Below, piece after piece: positions 7,872-11,738 of a stretch of 11,738 nucleotides of DNA. The notes beneath the pieces are model-generated. The model saw only the letters and a program-made list of their open reading frames with translations, searched no databases and was not told the origin of the DNA. The first letter of the stretch is position 1. Each line of letters begins with the position of its first letter. Made by a program: the position numbers and the translations under genes. Source of the DNA: Methanocellales archaeon (lineage in GTDB: Archaea; Halobacteriota; JAWCLZ01); NCBI GenBank assembly GCA_038850285.1, contig JAWCMA010000033.1, positions 1 through 11,738 on the forward strand, given 5' to 3'.

Positions 7872-8117
7872 ATGACTGAGGAATTAATAGGCTATGTAAC
7901 TGGAAATATCAATCGAGATCGAATTATGAAGATATTGGAATCAAAAGGGGCTGAGAAAAGCGAGGTCATTGCCAAGAGAGCGAGAATTCCATTGAAAACT
8001 GCAGGTAAAATTTTGATGGAGTTGAAAGAAAAAGGACTCGTGGAGCAAGAGGGCGAAAACTTTAAATTAACTTCTAAGGGCAGGGAAATAGTTAGGGAGA
8101 TTTTGAAGATAATATGA
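7872..8117 (+). CDS. Small winged helix-turn-helix transcriptional regulator
   Basis: NRDRIMKILESKG...IAKRARIPLKTAGKILMELKEKGLVEQEGENFKLTSKG has the wHTH L-x-x-x-G-L-V...(F/Y)-x-L-T-x-x-G pattern. Start is ATG 7872, with an alternative TTG at 7869. Confidence 0.85.
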   Translation: MTEELIGYVTGNINRDRIMKILESKGAEKSEVIAKRARIPLKTAGKILMELKEKGLVEQEGENFKLTSKGREIVREILKII

Positions 8118-8119
8118 AG

Positions 8120-8155
8120 ATGGGGATGGGCAATGGGAATGGGCAATGGGCAATG
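8120..8155 (+). repeat. Imperfect 6/7-bp tandem repeat of ATGGG-containing units spanning the ABC ATPase start; G-quadruplex motif
   Basis: atgggg atgggca atggga atgggca atgggca atg: five G-tracts of at least 3 G with 2-4 nt loops. Confidence 0.85.
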
Positions 8156-9057
8156 ATAAAGTGGTCATTAGAGCTAGGAATTTAACAAAGAAATTCAATG
8201 ATTTCACAGCAGTTGATGGTATATCCTTCGAGGTTAAAGAGGGAGAGTGCATAGCATTTCTAGGCCCAAATGGCGCTGGCAAGACCTCTACCATGCGAAT
8301 GATATCCTGCATCTCCCCCAAGACAAGTGGAGAGCTATTTGTACTTGGCTTGGACGTGGAAAAGCAGCCTGCTAAGATCAAAAGCCTAATAGGAATTGTG
8401 CCTCAGGAGAACAATCTCGACGTTGATTTCTCACTCTTTGAGAACCTATTGATTTATGCAAGTTATTTTGGCATTCCACGTCAAGAAGCTAAGAATAGAG
8501 CGATTAAATTGCTTGAGTTTGTACAGCTACTGGAAAAGAAAGATGTGAATGTAGATAAGCTCTCCACAGGAATGAAGCGCAGAGCAGTGTTTGCGCGAGC
8601 ACTACTCAACAATCCTAAGCTGCTCATATTAGACGAGCCAACCACTGGCCTTGACCCTCAAGCGAGGCATTTGGTATGGGATTGCTTGCGAGAGCTGAAG
8701 CGAAGTGGAATTACAATTATTTTAGCTACTCATTATATGGAAGAGGCAGAGCAACTTTGCGATCGAGTGCTCATTATGGATAGAGGGAGGATACTCGTTG
8801 AAGCTCCCCCAAGAGAACTTATTCAAAAATTCATAGGCAGTGAAGTATTAGAGCTTTTCTATAGCGATCAAAGGCTAATCTCACAGCTTAAAAGCGAAGG
8901 AGTGAATTTCGAGGTCGCTAGCGATAGAATCTATATCTTCGACTGTCTTAATAATCGCCTTCTCAATGATATGCTTCAATTCAAAGAATATGCGAGGAGA
9001 AAAGCAACTTTAGAGGATGTTTTCCTAAAACTCACTGGAAGGAGGCTTAGGGAGTGA
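8146..9057 (+). CDS. ABC-2 type exporter ATP-binding subunit (NodI/DrrA-like)
   Basis: Walker A GPNGAGKTS, Q-loop VPQENNLD, signature LSTGMKRR, Walker B LLILDEPTTGLDPQARH, THYMEEAEQLCDR, and C-terminal ATLEDVFLKLTGRRLRE. Confidence 0.93.
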   Translation: MGNDKVVIRARNLTKKFNDFTAVDGISFEVKEGECIAFLGPNGAGKTSTMRMISCISPKTSGELFVLGLDVEKQPAKIKSLIGIVPQENNLDVDFSLFENLLIYASYFGIPRQEAKNRAIKLLEFVQLLEKKDVNVDKLSTGMKRRAVFARALLNNPKLLILDEPTTGLDPQARHLVWDCLRELKRSGITIILATHYMEEAEQLCDRVLIMDRGRILVEAPPRELIQKFIGSEVLELFYSDQRLISQLKSEGVNFEVASDRIYIFDCLNNRLLNDMLQFKEYARRKATLEDVFLKLTGRRLRE

Positions 9058-9098
9058 ATTTCCAGGGAGTGAATTATATCCAGGGAGTAAATTATATC
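9049..9098 (+). repeat. Triplicated 15-18 bp unit at the ATPase/permease junction
   Basis: agggagtgaatttcc / agggagtgaattatatcc / agggagtaaattatatc. It gives the N-terminal QGVNYI-QGVNYI and two in-frame GTGs (9054, 9069). Confidence 0.85.
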
Positions 9099-9872
9099 AA
9101 TAGATATATTCCTAGATTTAGCCTGCGCTCGCTCAATATATGGCATCGCAATTTCGCTGCTTTCATAAAAACCTATAAAACCAACTTCATACCCCCATTT
9201 CTCGAGCCAATATTATTCTTAATTGCCCTTGGGTATGGCCTAGGGAGTTACATAGGAGAGGTAAATGGGGTCAGCTACGCTGCTTTCATTGCTCCAGCTT
9301 TGATCTCGATTTCAATAATGAACTCAGCATCCTTTGAGTGCTCCTATGGCTCCTACGTGAGAATGCATTATCAAAAACTATATGATGCAATGATCTCCAC
9401 CCCTGTGAGCATTGAAGATGTGATCGCTGGCGAGCTACTTTGGGGTGCAACTAAGAGTTTGATGAATACCATCATAATTTTAATTGTAGTTGCAGCATTT
9501 GGGCTTGTGTCAAGTGCAATTGCCATCTTAATTCTACCACTGGCTTTCCTTGGAGGCTTGCTCTTTGCCTCTCTCTCAATGTGCTTCACTGCAATTGTCC
9601 CAAACATTGATTCCTTCAATTATTACTTCTTCCTGCTCATGACTCCCATGTTCCTATTCTGCGGTACATTCTTCCCGATATCGGCACTTCCTCAGGCAAT
9701 ACAAATGCTAGCATATTTCTTGCCCTTGACTCACGTGGTTATAATTGCGAGGGGTCTTATTTTTGGAAATATAAATAGTGAGCTGCTTAGGAGTATTATT
9801 TGGGTCTCCATAGGCTGTGCTTTACTCTTCACCATCTCAATAAATTTGATGAAGCGCAGATTAATTGTTTAA
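9054..9872 (+). CDS. ABC-2 type exporter permease (NodJ-like)
   Basis: About six hydrophobic segments; EPILFLIALGYGLG, YAAFIAP, FECSYGSYVRMHYQKLYDAMISTP, GELLWGATK, TPMFLFCGTFFP and LPLTH. GTGA overlap with the ATPase stop. Confidence 0.92.
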   Translation: MNFQGVNYIQGVNYINRYIPRFSLRSLNIWHRNFAAFIKTYKTNFIPPFLEPILFLIALGYGLGSYIGEVNGVSYAAFIAPALISISIMNSASFECSYGSYVRMHYQKLYDAMISTPVSIEDVIAGELLWGATKSLMNTIIILIVVAAFGLVSSAIAILILPLAFLGGLLFASLSMCFTAIVPNIDSFNYYFFLLMTPMFLFCGTFFPISALPQAIQMLAYFLPLTHVVIIARGLIFGNINSELLRSIIWVSIGCALLFTISINLMKRRLIV

Positions 9873-9876
9873 ATGT

Positions 9877-9911
9877 ATTTTATATTTTTTATCTAAATTT
9901 TTTTATTTAGA
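9877..9911 (+). terminator. Oligo-T terminator-like tract with a small hairpin after the ABC operon
   Basis: T-runs immediately after the permease stop, and TCTAAAT-TTTTTT-ATTTAGA at 9892-9911. Confidence 0.5.
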
Positions 9912-10030
9912 ATCCTAGCTTTGGTTACGATATAGCTGGGGAAGCACTAGTTGAAGGAAGTAAAGTAGTGCTAAGGATAAGTAATTACGAGTCCATTAGA
10001 TCTCATTGAGAATTTGGATGTGCCATCAAT

Positions 10031-11503
10031 TCAGCAGTAGCCCTTGTAAAGCAAGTTGTCCCTGAGGTCTTTTTCGAAGAAATCCTCCTTAGTTTTGAGC
10101 TTCAAAGAAGTCAAAAGTTTCCTTGCCATATAACGAGGGGCAAGCCTAAATGCCTTGACCAGGAACCACTTAGGATATATCTTCTTGATCTTATTATATC
10201 TCACCCAATCGAAGTTGTAGAACTTCGTAGCCATCTCCCAGACTTCCATCTGAATTTGCCTAGCACTCAGGTGCTTTGTGTTTACATTGGCAATAAGCCC
10301 AGTGTATTTGGAGTAGTCATCTTTATTTGCAATCAATCCCATTTCCAGTAGTTCTCTGCGAAGTTCAGTTTTTGGATACGGGGTCAGAATATAGAAAATA
10401 GGCAAGTCGATCTTTAGATCTCGAGCAAACTTAAAGTTGGCCCATAGGTCTGCCTCATCATCATCTGGGTTGCCTAGGATAAATCCAGCGCTCACTATTA
10501 TATCATTATCATGTAGATATTTCACAGCTTTTTCGATCTCTATTGACATCGCTGACTTGTTAAAAAGCTCAAGATTTCTTGATAGCACATTTTCTATGCC
10601 GAGGAAGACCATTTTGAAGCCTGCTTTTGCCATTTTCCTCACTACCTCAGGGTCTCTTGCTATTCCCCTAGTGCTCGCTTGCACGTGGTAGTGAAGGTCA
10701 TCATAACCATGCTCAATTATTGCATCGCAGATCTCCCTTAGGCGCTTTAAATCGAGGGTAATATTATCATCAGCGATGCCAATTGATCTATAGCCAAGTG
10801 CTTTGATATTCGCGATGTCCTGCATTATTCTATCAATGGGATATCTGCGAAAGCTTTTTCCATACATTTGATGGATACTGCAAAACTTGCAGCCCTGAAT
10901 GCAGCCACGGCTCGTTTCAATTACATCGTTGGATCGATCAAAAGCATGAGAACCTCTCGTGAGCAGTCTCGCGGTGCGATCTGGCAGTTTGATTTTACTA
11001 AGATCTGCTAGTTCTCTTGGCTCATTAAATATGAATTTACCATCATATTTAAAGCCCAGTCCTTTGATGTTCTTAAATCGCTTTTCTCCCTCTAACTCAG
11101 CTATAAGTTCTCTAAAGGTAAATTCACCTTCGCCTCGGATGATAAAGTCGATGTATTCTGCATCGCTGCTTTCACCTATCTCACGATACATGAGTGTAGG
11201 GTGATAACCCCCAAAGGCAGTTAGAGCGCTGCTGTTTGCTTTTACAAACTTCGCGAGTTCTAGGGAGCGAGGATATTGAAAACTCATGCAGGAAAAGCCC
11301 ACAAGCTCTGGCTGAAATTTTTTCAAAGTTTTCAGTAAAAATGGTTCAACCTCTCTCTTCTTGAGCAAGTTCAAATCCGCGATTTTTACCTCGCAGATAT
11401 CATTGATATTGCCTGCGATAGAAGCGATGCCTAGATTAGGAGATCTACCTATGAAATCGAAATCCGGCAGTACCTCGGGTGAGCCTAGTAGTAATACTCT
11501 CAT
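10031..11503 (-). CDS. Cobalamin-binding radical SAM protein (class B / BchE-like superfamily), substrate unknown
   Basis: N-terminal B12-binding domain (PNLGIASIAG, GFSCMS, GGYHPT, RGEGE), ETSRGCIQGCKFC (CxxxCxxC), ADDN, FLGIEN, GFILG and TPYPKT. GAGGGGAG lies upstream of the ATG. Confidence 0.92.
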   Translation of the reverse strand: MRVLLLGSPEVLPDFDFIGRSPNLGIASIAGNINDICEVKIADLNLLKKREVEPFLLKTLKKFQPELVGFSCMSFQYPRSLELAKFVKANSSALTAFGGYHPTLMYREIGESSDAEYIDFIIRGEGEFTFRELIAELEGEKRFKNIKGLGFKYDGKFIFNEPRELADLSKIKLPDRTARLLTRGSHAFDRSNDVIETSRGCIQGCKFCSIHQMYGKSFRRYPIDRIMQDIANIKALGYRSIGIADDNITLDLKRLREICDAIIEHGYDDLHYHVQASTRGIARDPEVVRKMAKAGFKMVFLGIENVLSRNLELFNKSAMSIEIEKAVKYLHDNDIIVSAGFILGNPDDDEADLWANFKFARDLKIDLPIFYILTPYPKTELRRELLEMGLIANKDDYSKYTGLIANVNTKHLSARQIQMEVWEMATKFYNFDWVRYNKIKKIYPKWFLVKAFRLAPRYMARKLLTSLKLKTKEDFFEKDLRDNLLYKGYC

Positions 11504-11617
11504 TGCTTCTCCCCTCGTTTGGCTAACGATAGCTCGAAATAGCGATAATATCTAGGCCTAGGTTTTAATTTTTAAATTCTTTTTCTTTTTTCCATAACCC
11601 TAATGGTCAGGAAATTT

Positions 11618-11737
11618 TTATACTCTGCTCATTTTATAGCTCACTTTATAGCTCATTTTATGGCTCATTTTATACTTGCTCAAGCTTCGTCTACCTTCGA
11701 TAGAGAGCTTGAGTTCGATTGCAAAATGAATAATTGG
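11618..11737 (-). CDS. Possible 3' end of a gene entering from the right edge of the window
   Basis: One minus-strand frame is open from the edge: PIIHFAIELKLSIEGRRSLSKYKMSHKMSYKVSYKMSRV*. It has no recognisable domain and could be chance. Confidence 0.2.
   Translation of the reverse strand, partial: PIIHFAIELKLSIEGRRSLSKYKMSHKMSYKVSYKMSRV
11627..11674. repeat. 4 x 12-bp tandem repeat, consensus GCTCATTTTATA
   Basis: gctcattttata / gctcactttata / gctcattttatg / gctcattttata, with partial units on both flanks. Confidence 0.9.
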
Positions 11738-11738
11738 A

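Noticed and set aside
8560-8583. ABC signature LSTGM rather than LSGGM
   Set aside because: This position tolerates variation in ABC-2 type ATPases, and the Walker A, Walker B and H-loop motifs are intact.
7892-9619. Minus-strand ORFs at 7892, 8067 and 9371
   Set aside because: Antisense shadows of the wHTH-ABC operon. The MPIPIAHPHLH start is simply the ATGGG repeat read backwards.
8146-9872. Calling the exporter nodI/nodJ (Nod-factor export)
   Set aside because: Family resemblance only. There are no nod biosynthesis genes and the context is not rhizobial.
10437-11555. Plus-strand ORFs at 10437, 10959 and 11361
   Set aside because: Antisense shadows of the radical SAM gene.
11552-11561. 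Perfect palindrome CTAGGCCTAG upstream of the radical SAM gene
   Set aside because: A single 10-bp palindrome with no second copy seen is too weak to call an operator.
11627-11674. CRISPR array
   Set aside because: Units are 12 bp and contiguous, with no spacers and no cas genes.

Overview
An AT-rich window that is most likely archaeal, inferred from TATA-like promoters, GGAGG ribosome-binding sites, a split two-subunit acyl-CoA mutase and an Lrp/AsnC-TRASH regulator remnant. From left to right it holds: the decayed 3' end of a DUF2207 membrane-protein gene; a minus-strand block of TM2-like membrane protein, QueH (DUF208) homologue, and an operon of B12-binding small subunit, MeaB GTPase and methylmalonyl-CoA-mutase-family large subunit; a minus-strand copper locus (pseudogenised Lrp/AsnC-TRASH regulator, CopA-type P1B ATPase whose DKTGT motif reads DKTRT, and a 59-aa two-helix membrane protein missing from the ORF track); a plus-strand operon of wHTH regulator and NodI/NodJ-like ABC-2 exporter, with tandem duplications of the start region at both gene junctions (one is also a G-quadruplex motif); and a minus-strand cobalamin-binding radical SAM gene preceded by a 4x12-bp tandem repeat. 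I found no rRNA, tRNA, CRISPR array or mobile element. The best candidates for new biology are the divergent mutase operon lacking an epimerase next to an apparently archaeal QueH, the decaying or rewired copper locus, and the repeat-structured start sites of the ABC operon. All family assignments come from motif recognition by eye, not from database searches.
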